The notes under the pieces are model-generated. The model was not told the DNA's origin and ran no database searches. It saw only the letters and a list, made by a program, of their open reading frames with translations. A program made the translations under genes and the position numbers. DNA of 64,000 nt from Bacillota bacterium. GTDB taxonomy: Bacteria > Bacillota > Limnochordia > DTU087. Shown here piece by piece: positions 26,018 through 34,825 of this stretch; positions within the stretch are counted from its first letter, which is position 1, and every line of letters begins with the position of its first letter. Where the stretch lies: contig JAAYHH010000011.1 in NCBI GenBank assembly GCA_012735435.1, positions 14,141 through 78,140 of the forward strand, in the 5' to 3' direction.

Positions 26018-27574
26018 TTAGTTTACAAACCCGATAATCAACGCCAGTACCGCTGCAATGGTTGCGATATTGGCGGCACTCTTAAGACTCTGATTCTGCT
26101 TCTCAGCATGGGTTCGGTAGCTGTCAAACTCATCCCGCAGCTCCTGCAGCTGCCGCTCCAGCCGCTGTTCCCGCATTAGGGCTGCATTGATCTGGGCAGA
26201 TGATTGTGTAATCACCCGCTCATCAACGGCTGCCAGGGCAGACTCTGTGGCGCTTACCCGCTCCTGCAGTATAGAAACAGCTGCCTGCAGCTCTTCAACG
26301 TAATCCTGCAGATCTGCAAGATCCTTGCTGTCAGCTGCTGCACCCTGCTGCAAGATATTGGTCCTCTTGTCTAAGGCAGCGATCTTCTGAGAAATATTTA
26401 CAAGGTCTGTCTGGACTGCCTCCAAACTCCTAACCAGGTCTTGACGCAGACCGCTGACATCCTTCATCAATTGCCCATCCGCGGCAGCCATAGCTTCTCC
26501 CTGTTTCAAGACTTGATCCTGGAGCGCCTGCACATCTTCGGCAAGTGCAGCCGTCTCCTCAGAGCGGGCAAGTCTTTCCTCCGCTACAGCCTGCTGCAGC
26601 TGTCCAATTTCAGCGGTTAGCTGATCATCCCTCTGGGCGGATTCTTCTTGCCAGCTGCTCAGCTCTTGCTCCATTTGGACAAGCTGCTGGACAACCTCAG
26701 ACAGGCCCTTTTCCACCCGACTGATCTCTTCTGCCAGTTCAGCATCGGCCTCTTGCATGGCGTTCTGCAGTAAGCTTAAAGCCGCATCCCGTTCCGCAAA
26801 GCTGCTCTGGACCTTTACACCCAAAGCCTCCTCCAGCGCTACTAGTGAGTCAGTGTGGAGTGCCAGCATCCGGGTGTGCTCATCTAACCTTGCTTCATTG
26901 GCTTCAACAGCGGCCTCGGTATCGGCCAGGGCTGCTGCCTGTTTGACAAGCTCATCCTCAAGGGCTTGAAGCTTACGGCCCTGGTCAGCAGCCTGCTGCC
27001 TAAGGTCTGCATCAGCAGCTTCGAGGCGCCGGGTGGTATCGGCAACCTGCTGCTGGAGGGCGGCAATTTCCGCCAATATGGCTGCTGCCTGCTCCTGTAT
27101 AGAGGTGCGGATAGCTGCATCTTCCTGCTCCATTGTGTCGATGACCTTAGTCACAGTCTCATCCATTACCTGAACACGACGCTGGGTTTCGGTAACGGAA
27201 GCTGACAGCTCTTCCCTTTGATTATACCACCGTACAAGTTCATCCCTAAACTCGGTAGAAAGTGTCCGGAGCAGTTCCAAATCCTCCTGAGTTACACCCA
27301 GCTGCCCTTTTTCGATGTCCACTAGGAGCCGGCCAACTACTGAAGCCAGCGTATACCTATCGACAGGTCTCTGACCTTGAAAAGTTCCATCGGTATAGAG
27401 AGCAAGATAACCTTCCTGGACTAACTTTTGAACACCCTCATAGGCCCAATGGTCTGCAGGCACATCGCTGATCTGCTGTGCAGTCTGCTGGGCAAAAACA
27501 AGATTCCCCTGACCTACCAACAGCAGCAAAAACAGTAGTACAACTCCTATTCTTCGAATTGTCCTCGACTCCAT
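26018..27574 (-). CDS. Ompα-like envelope tether: signal peptide, single SLH domain, roughly 400-aa coiled coil, C-terminal TM helix
   Basis: Signal peptide (MESRTIRRIGVVLLFLLLLVGQGNLVFA). SLH motif (DVPADHWAYEGVQKLVQEGYL...GTFQGQRPVDRYTLASVVGRLL). A long heptad-rich, Q/E/A/L-dominated segment. C-terminal hydrophobic helix (IATIAAVLALIIGFVN). Confidence 0.7.
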   Translation of the reverse strand: MESRTIRRIGVVLLFLLLLVGQGNLVFAQQTAQQISDVPADHWAYEGVQKLVQEGYLALYTDGTFQGQRPVDRYTLASVVGRLLVDIEKGQLGVTQEDLELLRTLSTEFRDELVRWYNQREELSASVTETQRRVQVMDETVTKVIDTMEQEDAAIRTSIQEQAAAILAEIAALQQQVADTTRRLEAADADLRQQAADQGRKLQALEDELVKQAAALADTEAAVEANEARLDEHTRMLALHTDSLVALEEALGVKVQSSFAERDAALSLLQNAMQEADAELAEEISRVEKGLSEVVQQLVQMEQELSSWQEESAQRDDQLTAEIGQLQQAVAEERLARSEETAALAEDVQALQDQVLKQGEAMAAADGQLMKDVSGLRQDLVRSLEAVQTDLVNISQKIAALDKRTNILQQGAAADSKDLADLQDYVEELQAAVSILQERVSATESALAAVDERVITQSSAQINAALMREQRLERQLQELRDEFDSYRTHAEKQNQSLKSAANIATIAAVLALIIGFVN

Positions 27575-27630
27575 TTCCTCCCGCCCCCTGTCAATCTTCT
27601 TTGCTCCTCAGTGTTTTCCCAGCACCTTTG

Positions 27631-29664
27631 TTACCTGGCAACAGTAACCGGCAGTTCCATGGGTCCCAATTCGATCACCTGTCCACTGGTGGTGGTCAGC
27701 TTGGTACCCAGCAGCTGGATGACACCGGTGCCTTCAGCGCCTGCCACAAACCGGATTGAACACAGGTTACCTGTCAATCGACTGGGTCCCAGCTGTGAAA
27801 GCCCCCGGAGTTTCACCTGGATAATGCCCTGTGACGGCTGCAGCTCCACCTCCATCGGAGCGGCATCTCCCACGGCAGCCGATAGAGGTGCCAGGACCTC
27901 GCCCCGCTCTACTCCAAGGCGGCCGCCGGCTACCCGCATCAGGTCCACTGGAAACTTAAGCAAGAACTCTGCCTCTTCGATGTTCTTCAGATTATAGCCC
28001 CTTATGGCCGTCTTCATAGGCCCTCCCACAACAGCGGGGCCTGTCCCCTCTGCGATGAGTCTGATCATTTGGGGAAGCTGCGGTATGCTGATAAATTCAT
28101 TTACAATCAGCGGTTCGGTGGCACCGGACTCCACCCTCACCGAATAGGGCAGGCTGTCACTGGCCACATCGGTTGGGGTTAAGAACCACTGAACCACAAT
28201 GGACTCCTGTGGACCGAGATCTCCGCAGAGTTTAGTCCGCCCCTCACCAGGGGCCAGCTGAAGCCCCAAGGGTGCCTGCCATTGGGCATGAACCCACGGT
28301 GCATTCATTTCACCGACATTGGTGATGGTGGCCCTAACGGCAAAGGGTACCGGCTGCAGACTTCCATCTTCAACTAAGAGACGGGGCGGTGCGGAGATTT
28401 TCACCTGCAGTTCGGCAGGTTTGGCGATCCTAACTTGCCGCCGCACCCGGTTGGGCTCACTGTTGGCAGCTTCAACCTTTACTTCGTAGCTGATTTCACC
28501 TCTAATATGGTCAGCCACTTCCACTTGCCAGGCCAGCTGTACTGACTCTCCCACTTCCAAATTACCCAGGCTGCCGCCGGCCTCCTGTCCAGGAACCAGG
28601 GACAAGCCGCTGGGCAGTTCAATGGCTATCCTAACATCCCTAGCCTCACCTTCGCCGCTGTTCTCCAGATAGGCGACAATCGGGAACCTTGTCGGTCCGT
28701 CGGGGGCGTGGGAGACTACAGCAGGTGATGTGACTCCCAAGGAAAGCTTTCCGGGAGCAATGGTTATACCGCCAAGCCCGTAGTAAGTTACCCAAGTAAC
28801 GCTCTCGCCGGGACCGAGGGTGACCGGATCCCAAAACATAGCAATCGCCGAATCCAGCTCAAATTCACCCTTCCGGAGGAAAATGCGGCCAGGGTCAAAA
28901 TCAAAATCCCAGATGCTCTCTGCCAAAGCTCCCCAGTTGCTGAAGTACACCCGATCAGGCGGGGTTACCCCTGAACCCCGCAGGGTTCCCTGGGACATAA
29001 CCTGGGGATCGGCCAGGGAGTCGAATGCCTGCCAAAACTCCGGTATAGCTCCTCCGGTAAACAATGTATCGGTAGTAACAGCCTGCTGCTCTACCCTAAA
29101 GGGGGCACCGTCATTGGCGCCCAACATAGTATCCAGCATAAGCCGCATGGCTACGCTGTGGGAAACAGAATCCTCATTGGTCAAAGTATAGGCAATCCGG
29201 GCTGTATCTTGCAGACCAGTGGTGCTGCTTCGGGTAAAGCTGAGGATCTGCTCCGCTTTCACCGGCCCTAGTTTATATACAGTGCTGATGGCATTTCCCT
29301 GGATAACTTCGGGTCCTGAGATCAGCTCCCCGAATGGTCCTTGTCTTCCAGCGGAGGTCTGTGTCGGACCGCCAAATACATAGTTGCGACCGTCTATTTG
29401 GATCGTGGTGTAAGAAGTCCAAGGATCGGCCATGCCGTAAACTAAGGGTTTGTTTTCATCACCGATCCGGTCAGGATCTCCGCCGGTGGTGTTGATGGAG
29501 AACCGGCCGGTGTTTTCTTCGCCTCCGTTGACAATGATGGAAATGTATTCATTGGCGACAATGATATTGCTGCCGACGTTACCTTCGACCATAGCCCGGG
29601 CCTTCTCTACTTCACAGCTAATCAACATGACCGCAGCCAGGGCAATTGCCAACCAGCGCCGCAT
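27631..29664 (-). CDS. large secreted lipoprotein, beta-rich multi-domain (Ig/CARDB-like repeats)
   Basis: Signal peptide with lipobox (MRRWLAIALAAVMLISC). 677 aa rich in G/T/S/V. Repeated segments resemble Ig-like surface domains (…ITNVGEMNAP…, …VKVEAANSEP…). No catalytic motif recognised. Confidence 0.55.
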   Translation of the reverse strand: MRRWLAIALAAVMLISCEVEKARAMVEGNVGSNIIVANEYISIIVNGGEENTGRFSINTTGGDPDRIGDENKPLVYGMADPWTSYTTIQIDGRNYVFGGPTQTSAGRQGPFGELISGPEVIQGNAISTVYKLGPVKAEQILSFTRSSTTGLQDTARIAYTLTNEDSVSHSVAMRLMLDTMLGANDGAPFRVEQQAVTTDTLFTGGAIPEFWQAFDSLADPQVMSQGTLRGSGVTPPDRVYFSNWGALAESIWDFDFDPGRIFLRKGEFELDSAIAMFWDPVTLGPGESVTWVTYYGLGGITIAPGKLSLGVTSPAVVSHAPDGPTRFPIVAYLENSGEGEARDVRIAIELPSGLSLVPGQEAGGSLGNLEVGESVQLAWQVEVADHIRGEISYEVKVEAANSEPNRVRRQVRIAKPAELQVKISAPPRLLVEDGSLQPVPFAVRATITNVGEMNAPWVHAQWQAPLGLQLAPGEGRTKLCGDLGPQESIVVQWFLTPTDVASDSLPYSVRVESGATEPLIVNEFISIPQLPQMIRLIAEGTGPAVVGGPMKTAIRGYNLKNIEEAEFLLKFPVDLMRVAGGRLGVERGEVLAPLSAAVGDAAPMEVELQPSQGIIQVKLRGLSQLGPSRLTGNLCSIRFVAGAEGTGVIQLLGTKLTTTSGQVIELGPMELPVTVAR

Positions 29665-29720
29665 TAATCACCAGCCCCCTAACTGTAGTATCGTTTCATT
29701 GGCGATCTATCGAGGAGCCA

Positions 29721-30647
29721 CTACTCGTTCCGGACATACCTGACACCATCGTAAAGAATCGATACCCTAAACTCCGGCGGACCGCTGAAGGAGACAGTTA
29801 CCGTCAGAATATAATCCTCCAGCAGCGGCTCCATTCGCCATCCGTTCTGGATAGTTAAGCTTGCTACCTGGTCTAGGCTTGCTGCCCCGGAAGACTGGAT
29901 GATGTCAATCCGGGTTGCTCTAGTAGACCCCTTGGGGACATAGGCATCCAGCTTCACAGTGCCTGCCAAGCCCTCGTTAATTGCATTCTTGGGGTACTGA
30001 ATCCGGCCACCGCCTGCTACCAGAGTGCTTGCCGCCGGCAGTGGAGGCAGTGGCGGTGGCGAAGGTGGTGTCGGTTCTGCCTCTTCATCGCTTTCTGTCT
30101 CGGATGAAGAACCGCCTGGTTCGCCGGCAGGGGCAGAATCGCCTCCAGCCATGACAGCATCTTGACCTTGCTCGCTGGTCAGGATTTGCTCCCCATTGCT
30201 GTCAGGCTGCGATAGAGCCTCTTCACTGGCTGCCGGATCCGGCTCAGGTTCAGGCTCAGGCACTACCCTGGTGTCAGGAGTCTTAACTTCCTCTTGGGGA
30301 GCCGGGGTCGTCTCCTGCGGCTTTGGTGCTGGCTCCGGTTCAGTCTTGGTTACCTCGGCCTTGGCAGTTTCAACCGGTTCCGGTTCTTCCTTCGGTGGCG
30401 TGGGTTCCTGACGACGGGGAGTTTGCTGCTGCGGCTGCTGCCTGACCGCTTGGGTTCTAGGCGCTGGCTGCTGGACCTCTACGGGTACAACAGAAATAAT
30501 ACCGCCGCCAGGACCTGCAAAAAGGCCGGGTCCAACCGCAAATTCCCAGCGGGGAAAGACAAAGAACAGCATTGCGTGAAGGATAAGCGAAATCAAGACA
30601 AAGGCTCCAAAGGAGCGGTCTGACTCATCTCCTGTATACATTGCCAC
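29721..30647 (-). CDS. TonB-family protein: N-terminal TM, Pro/Glu-rich spacer, TonB C-terminal domain
   Basis: TM helix AFVLISLILHAMLFFVF. PEPEPEPDP and TPPSPPPLPPLP spacer. C-terminal IQYPKNAINEGLAGTVKLDAYVPKGSTRATRIDIIQSSGAASLDQVA matches the TonB_C pattern (YP..A...G.EG.V.L.......G......I..SSG...LD). Confidence 0.7.
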   Translation of the reverse strand: MAMYTGDESDRSFGAFVLISLILHAMLFFVFPRWEFAVGPGLFAGPGGGIISVVPVEVQQPAPRTQAVRQQPQQQTPRRQEPTPPKEEPEPVETAKAEVTKTEPEPAPKPQETTPAPQEEVKTPDTRVVPEPEPEPDPAASEEALSQPDSNGEQILTSEQGQDAVMAGGDSAPAGEPGGSSSETESDEEAEPTPPSPPPLPPLPAASTLVAGGGRIQYPKNAINEGLAGTVKLDAYVPKGSTRATRIDIIQSSGAASLDQVASLTIQNGWRMEPLLEDYILTVTVSFSGPPEFRVSILYDGVRYVRNE

Positions 30648-30691
30648 ACCACCTCCCCTCGGATTTGGCTGACGCCAAAGGGTGTACCATG

Positions 30692-31105
30692 CTACCTGCC
30701 CCGGGGTTCAACTGCAAGGCCAAAGCGATATCCTCCCAGCTGCCGAACAACATCCATTACTTGAACTATATAATCATAGCGAGCCTCCCGGTCAGCTTTA
30801 ATGACGACAAAAAGGTCCGGCCTTTTCTCCAATGCTTTGCCGACCTCTGACCTTAGAGTATTACTACTGACCTGACGCTCACCCAAGAACATCCGTCCAT
30901 CTTTAGCTACAGAAATGGTGATCTGGCTGCTGGCTTGTCTGTCCCAACTTGCCGCCTTGGGCAGTTCAAGATTCAATCCTGCTGGATGGGTCTTAAAGGT
31001 CGTAGCCAGCATGAAGAACACCAAAACAGAAAAAATAATATCAACCAGCGGCACTATTTGAATCGTTGGCTTTTTGTTGCGGACAGAGCGGCGGGCTATC
31101 ATCAC
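30692..31105 (-). CDS. exbD: ExbD/TolR biopolymer transport protein
   Basis: N-terminal KKPTIQIVPLVDIIFSVLVFFM motif. Single TM plus periplasmic domain. 4-bp overlap with exbB. Confidence 0.85.
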   Translation of the reverse strand: MMIARRSVRNKKPTIQIVPLVDIIFSVLVFFMLATTFKTHPAGLNLELPKAASWDRQASSQITISVAKDGRMFLGERQVSSNTLRSEVGKALEKRPDLFVVIKADREARYDYIVQVMDVVRQLGGYRFGLAVEPRGR

Positions 31106-31716
31106 ACATCACCCCTCGCCTCAAAGATGGCCAACAGCTCCGAAGAGCGTTTGTTGATATCAACCACTAGGCGGTCGATTAATCCCGAAAGGTAAGAATA
31201 AATCAGAGTACCCGGAATGGCGATTACTAAGCCGGTTGCAGTTGTAATTAGGGCTTCTGCAATTCCTGTGCTTAAGGCAAGGGTATCATCTAAGCCGCCA
31301 ACCGCTGAAATCACTTGAAAACTATTGATAATACCTGTTACTGTACCTAAGAGACCAAGCAACGGTGCAGCGGTGATGATTGCATCGAGAAGTCCCAGCC
31401 GGCGTTCCATACGGAAGACCTCTTCATAGGCCACTTCTTCCAAGCGCTCTCGGATAAACTGCTTGTCCTTATCATAATGGGCTATCCCCGCCGCCAGTAC
31501 AGCCGCAACCGGGCCTCTGGTTTTCTTTGCTATCTGGATAGCTTCCAGGATTTTGCCTTGCTGAAGAGCCAGTTTAATGTCATCCATCAAATCCTCTGTA
31601 TCTACTCGACAGCGAAGCAAGTAGACCAGCCTTTCGAGAGAGACAGCTACCATCAATACAGAGCAAAGCAGCAACGGGATCATTACCGGGCCGCCCCGAA
31701 TGATCAAATCCAGCAT
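31102..31716 (-). CDS. exbB: ExbB/TolQ/MotA family proton-channel protein
   Basis: Three-TM MotA/TolQ/ExbB topology with LLGLLGTVTGIINSF and conserved C-terminal helices. Start taken at MLDLIIRGG, which has a GGAGG RBS 8 nt upstream. The 27-nt longer ORF start has no RBS. Confidence 0.85.
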   Translation of the reverse strand: MLDLIIRGGPVMIPLLLCSVLMVAVSLERLVYLLRCRVDTEDLMDDIKLALQQGKILEAIQIAKKTRGPVAAVLAAGIAHYDKDKQFIRERLEEVAYEEVFRMERRLGLLDAIITAAPLLGLLGTVTGIINSFQVISAVGGLDDTLALSTGIAEALITTATGLVIAIPGTLIYSYLSGLIDRLVVDINKRSSELLAIFEARGDV

Positions 31717-31997
31717 TCTATATACCTCCACTCCGTCCCACATTCATTGGGTAAGACTATTCGACAATCAGGTACCATATCCTTCCTGGCTATTCCCTTG
31801 AGAAACTCCCACGAGAATTTCCTCTAAAGGCCTACGTGCTTCCCTGATTTTCCCCTCTTGGCATTTTCGACAAGGCAAGAGACAACTCCTGCCGTCAAAA
31901 GTCCATCTGAAACAAAGAAAGACGTGGATATGAATAGGGAAATGTCCCCAGGATATGCTACCATCAAGATGCTTTTCGACGGGAGATGGGATCTATA

Positions 31998-32213
31998 ATG
32001 GATAGGGAATTAGAAGCAGTTCGGGATCGAGCCATGGACCAGCTCAAGCATGATTTAATAAAAGAGATGGGCTTGTGGGACCTAGTGCAGACCGAAGGCT
32101 GGGGAGCACTGCCGGCCAAGGACTGCGGCCGTATCGGTGGGAAGATGGCAACGAGGCTCAGCCCCAACATCCTCCGGAAAATAGCTGACATGAGCCAAAC
32201 ACAGGGCAAGTAG
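31998..32213 (+). CDS. small acid-soluble spore protein, alpha/beta type (putative)
   Basis: AMDQLKHDLIKEMGL...GALPAKDCGRIGGKMATRLSPNILRKIADM parallels the SASP alpha/beta core (QMK.EIA.ELG...LPAR.NG.VGG.MTK.LV.MAE). RBS GGGAGATGGG just upstream. Possible forespore-type promoter (GAATA ... TATGCTA) at 31932-31960. Confidence 0.55.
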   Translation: MDRELEAVRDRAMDQLKHDLIKEMGLWDLVQTEGWGALPAKDCGRIGGKMATRLSPNILRKIADMSQTQGK

Positions 32214-32232
32214 GAAGCGGGCTGTTGATGGC

Positions 32233-32266
32233 AACAAAAAAGGCGGTGACCCTGTCGTCTACCGCC
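32233..32266 (-). terminator. rho-independent terminator after the GNAT gene
   Basis: GGCGGT ... ACCGCC stem (32242-32266) followed on the minus strand by TTTTTTGTTG. Confidence 0.55.
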
Positions 32267-32278
32267 CTGGGGATCTTC

Positions 32279-32845
32279 TCAGCCTGCCAAGAGCCTGTAC
32301 TGGGGATGAATTTCATAAAATTCGTCTCTTAGGATGCGCATCAAATAGATTTCCCTCAGCTCCTCGGAACTCCGTGTTCGAATGAGCTTACCCTCTTTCT
32401 TAAATCCGGCCTTCTCATAACAGCGAATCGCAGGGCGATTGGTGCTGGCGACACGCAAGTATACGCGGGAAAGCTTCATTTCACCAAAGGCATAACACAG
32501 GAGGGCTGTAACGCTCTCCAATCCATAACCTTTTCCCCGATAATCACCTTCGCCGATGCGGATTCGAAGCTCTGCATCGCCGCTGCGCCAGGCAATGTGG
32601 TCTAACTCAATATCACCGATGGGAACTCCATTTCGGGTGGTAATTACCAGCCGTCGGATATGGCGGTTGCTGCGCTGTTTTTCATACCACTCCTGACAAT
32701 CCGCCAGGGTTTCAGGATAACCATCATCCTCCATATAATGTCCTACTTCTGGGTCCTTGGTCCATTTAACTATCTCGGGAAAATCCGACGGCATAATCGG
32801 CCGGAGGATGATCCTCTCCCCTTCAATTTTCATGTCTGCTGCCAC
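32279..32845 (-). CDS. GNAT family N-acetyltransferase (RimJ/RimL-like)
   Basis: GNAT fold motifs (IGDIELD...RIGEGDYRGKGYGLESV...AFGEMKLSRVYL). Confidence 0.8.
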   Translation of the reverse strand: MAADMKIEGERIILRPIMPSDFPEIVKWTKDPEVGHYMEDDGYPETLADCQEWYEKQRSNRHIRRLVITTRNGVPIGDIELDHIAWRSGDAELRIRIGEGDYRGKGYGLESVTALLCYAFGEMKLSRVYLRVASTNRPAIRCYEKAGFKKEGKLIRTRSSEELREIYLMRILRDEFYEIHPQYRLLAG

Positions 32846-33014
32846 CTCTTTGCCTACAGCATCTGCTGCGTTGTTTAAGCCGCGAAATCTGGTTCGTCTA
32901 CAGTTACTAGCGGGCGATTCCTAAGTTAAGGCTTCTACTTAGATTTCTACTTAATCAGAGCCTAACCTTTAGGCAATAGCAGCCAGTCATGCCACGTGAC
33001 AGCAAAGGTGACAA

Positions 33015-33779
33015 CTATTCCATCAGGGACTCCCGCAGTAGGCCGGTAATCCGTTTCTCCAGTCTTGATACCTGCCCTTGGGAAATCCCCAGCATTTCCG
33101 CCACTTCAGTTTGGGTTCGCTCTTGTATAAAACGCAGGACCACAATGGCCCGATCCCTGGGGGACAGCTCCTCACAAGCCTGCTTCAGGGCGTAGTTTTC
33201 TATCCACGTGTCCGATTCCGGCTCTACTCCCAGCTTGTCTTCCAGATGAAGGGCGCTTTCACTGTCTTCGTGAATGACTTCGTGGATGGATAGTATAGGA
33301 GCCACTGCCTCCAAGGCCTCAACTACTTCCTCCCGCTCCATGCCCAGTAAGTCACCGATTTCCCCTGGGGTTGGCGCTCTGCCCAAGCGCTGCTCCAAAC
33401 TATCCCTTGCCCTGATGGCTGCCGCGGCTTTCTCCCGCAAGGTACGGCCAAGCTTAATAGCCCCTTCCTCCCGGAGAAAGCGGCGGATTTCCCCCATGAT
33501 CACCGGCACCGCATAGGTGGAGAATTGAACACCGTAGGAAAGATCAAAGTTATCAATTGCTTTGACAAGTCCGATGCAGGCTACCTGGAACAAATCATCA
33601 AGTTCTCCTCTGCCGCTGAAGCGCTGAGCGATGGACATGGCCAGCCGCAGGTTGGCCTCAATCAGCTGCTCCCTTGCTTCAGCATTGCCAGCCTGTGCTT
33701 CAGCCAGCAGGCTCTGGACTTCCTCTGAGGTTAAGCTCAAAGCTGGAGGCAGTTGGATCTTGCCTGAAGGCTCTTGCAT
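33015..33779 (-). CDS. sigF: sporulation sigma factor SigF
   Basis: Sigma-70 regions 2 to 4 (LIEANLRLAMSIAQRFSGRGELDDLFQVACIGLVKAIDNFD; TQTEVAEMLGISQGQVSRLEKR). Lies immediately downstream of spoIIAA-spoIIAB. Confidence 0.9.
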   Translation of the reverse strand: MQEPSGKIQLPPALSLTSEEVQSLLAEAQAGNAEAREQLIEANLRLAMSIAQRFSGRGELDDLFQVACIGLVKAIDNFDLSYGVQFSTYAVPVIMGEIRRFLREEGAIKLGRTLREKAAAAIRARDSLEQRLGRAPTPGEIGDLLGMEREEVVEALEAVAPILSIHEVIHEDSESALHLEDKLGVEPESDTWIENYALKQACEELSPRDRAIVVLRFIQERTQTEVAEMLGISQGQVSRLEKRITGLLRESLME

Positions 33780-33791
33780 AGTGCTCTCTCC

Positions 33792-34238
33792 CTAAGAATG
33801 CACTCGGGCCTGAGTCGGTGACTTGATCATGAACAAAGAGGTTCCTCTACCCGGCTCTGAATCGATCTCCAGCTTGTCCATGTATTCCCGTACAAAGACA
33901 AGACCCAGCCCCATTCGTTCTTCCGGTTCTGTGGTAAAAGCTGGTTCCAAGGCCTGTTCTACATCGGCTATACCGCGCCCCTCGTCCTTCACCGTTATTT
34001 CCAATCGATCATTGGTCAGCCGGCAGGTAACGGTGATCTCGCCCTCCGTGCCCTTATAGCCGTGGATCACCGCATTGGATACCGCTTCCGATACTGCAAT
34101 CTTGATCTCATCAAGTTCATCGAGGGTAAACTCCAGCTGTGATGCGAAGAGAGCAACAGCGGTTCGGGCAAAACCTATGTTGGCCGCCTTGCTGGGAAAC
34201 CGCATTACCACCTTGTTTTCGACAGTTTCCATCATCAT
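33792..34238 (-). CDS. spoIIAB: anti-sigma F factor SpoIIAB (Ser kinase)
   Basis: GHKL kinase motifs (EAVSNAVIHGY, VKDEGRGI, GLGLVFV). About 146 aa. Confidence 0.9.
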   Translation of the reverse strand: MMMETVENKVVMRFPSKAANIGFARTAVALFASQLEFTLDELDEIKIAVSEAVSNAVIHGYKGTEGEITVTCRLTNDRLEITVKDEGRGIADVEQALEPAFTTEPEERMGLGLVFVREYMDKLEIDSEPGRGTSLFMIKSPTQARVHS

Positions 34239-34597
34239 CTTCCCCCAATCTGAGCCAGTGCTTGTTCTTCAGTATCGGCAAACTGCATAATCCGTTCCAT
34301 GCCGGCCATTCTCAGCACCCGCCGTACTGGATCCACAGCCTTAAGGGCTACCACTTTCCCTGCCCGGGCTTGAATCTGTTTGTACCGCCCCAAGAGAACT
34401 CCGAGACCTGAACTGTCGATAAAGTCAACATTCTCCAGATCCCAAATCAAGTGATGAACCTTGGAATTCTCCGCCAAGGCCGCGTCCACCCGTTCCTTGA
34501 CCTCAGCAGCCGTAGCTAGGTCCAGCTCGCCTCCTAAAGATACAATCAATGCCCTTCCCTTCCGCCTAATCTCTATATCCACCCTCTGCCCCTCCAA
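34235..34597 (-). CDS. spoIIAA: anti-sigma F factor antagonist SpoIIAA (STAS)
   Basis: STAS domain with the phosphorylatable Ser context (DLENVDFIDSSGLGVLLGRY). 4-bp overlap with spoIIAB. Confidence 0.9.
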   Translation of the reverse strand: MEGQRVDIEIRRKGRALIVSLGGELDLATAAEVKERVDAALAENSKVHHLIWDLENVDFIDSSGLGVLLGRYKQIQARAGKVVALKAVDPVRRVLRMAGMERIMQFADTEEQALAQIGGR

Positions 34598-34719
34598 AAA
34601 TTAATGCAACCAAAGCAACTGCAATAAAAGTTAGGTGTCCGTTAAATGTATTTTCACGCACATCTGATAAATTCCTGCTAGACAGCTAAACCGTTGCTGC
34701 AAGTCGCAGCAAGCAGTCC

Positions 34720-34755
34720 AGCCAAAAGCAGAAAGAGGAGCCTCTAAGCTCCTCT
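34720..34755 (-). terminator. putative terminator/attenuator between dacF and spoIIAA
   Basis: AGAGGAGC ... GCTCCTCT 8-bp stem followed on the minus strand by TTCTGCTTTTGG. Confidence 0.4.
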
Positions 34756-34825
34756 TTGCACTTAACTGCCTTATGGGCACTATTAGTTGCAGTAATTATG
34801 CCCTGTCAAGGACCTTGGTCCCAGG

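Noticed and set aside
26018-27574. OmpM-type outer-membrane porin
   Set aside because: The protein has SLH plus a coiled coil like OmpM, but it ends in a single hydrophobic helix with no room for a beta-barrel. It is therefore Ompα-like instead.
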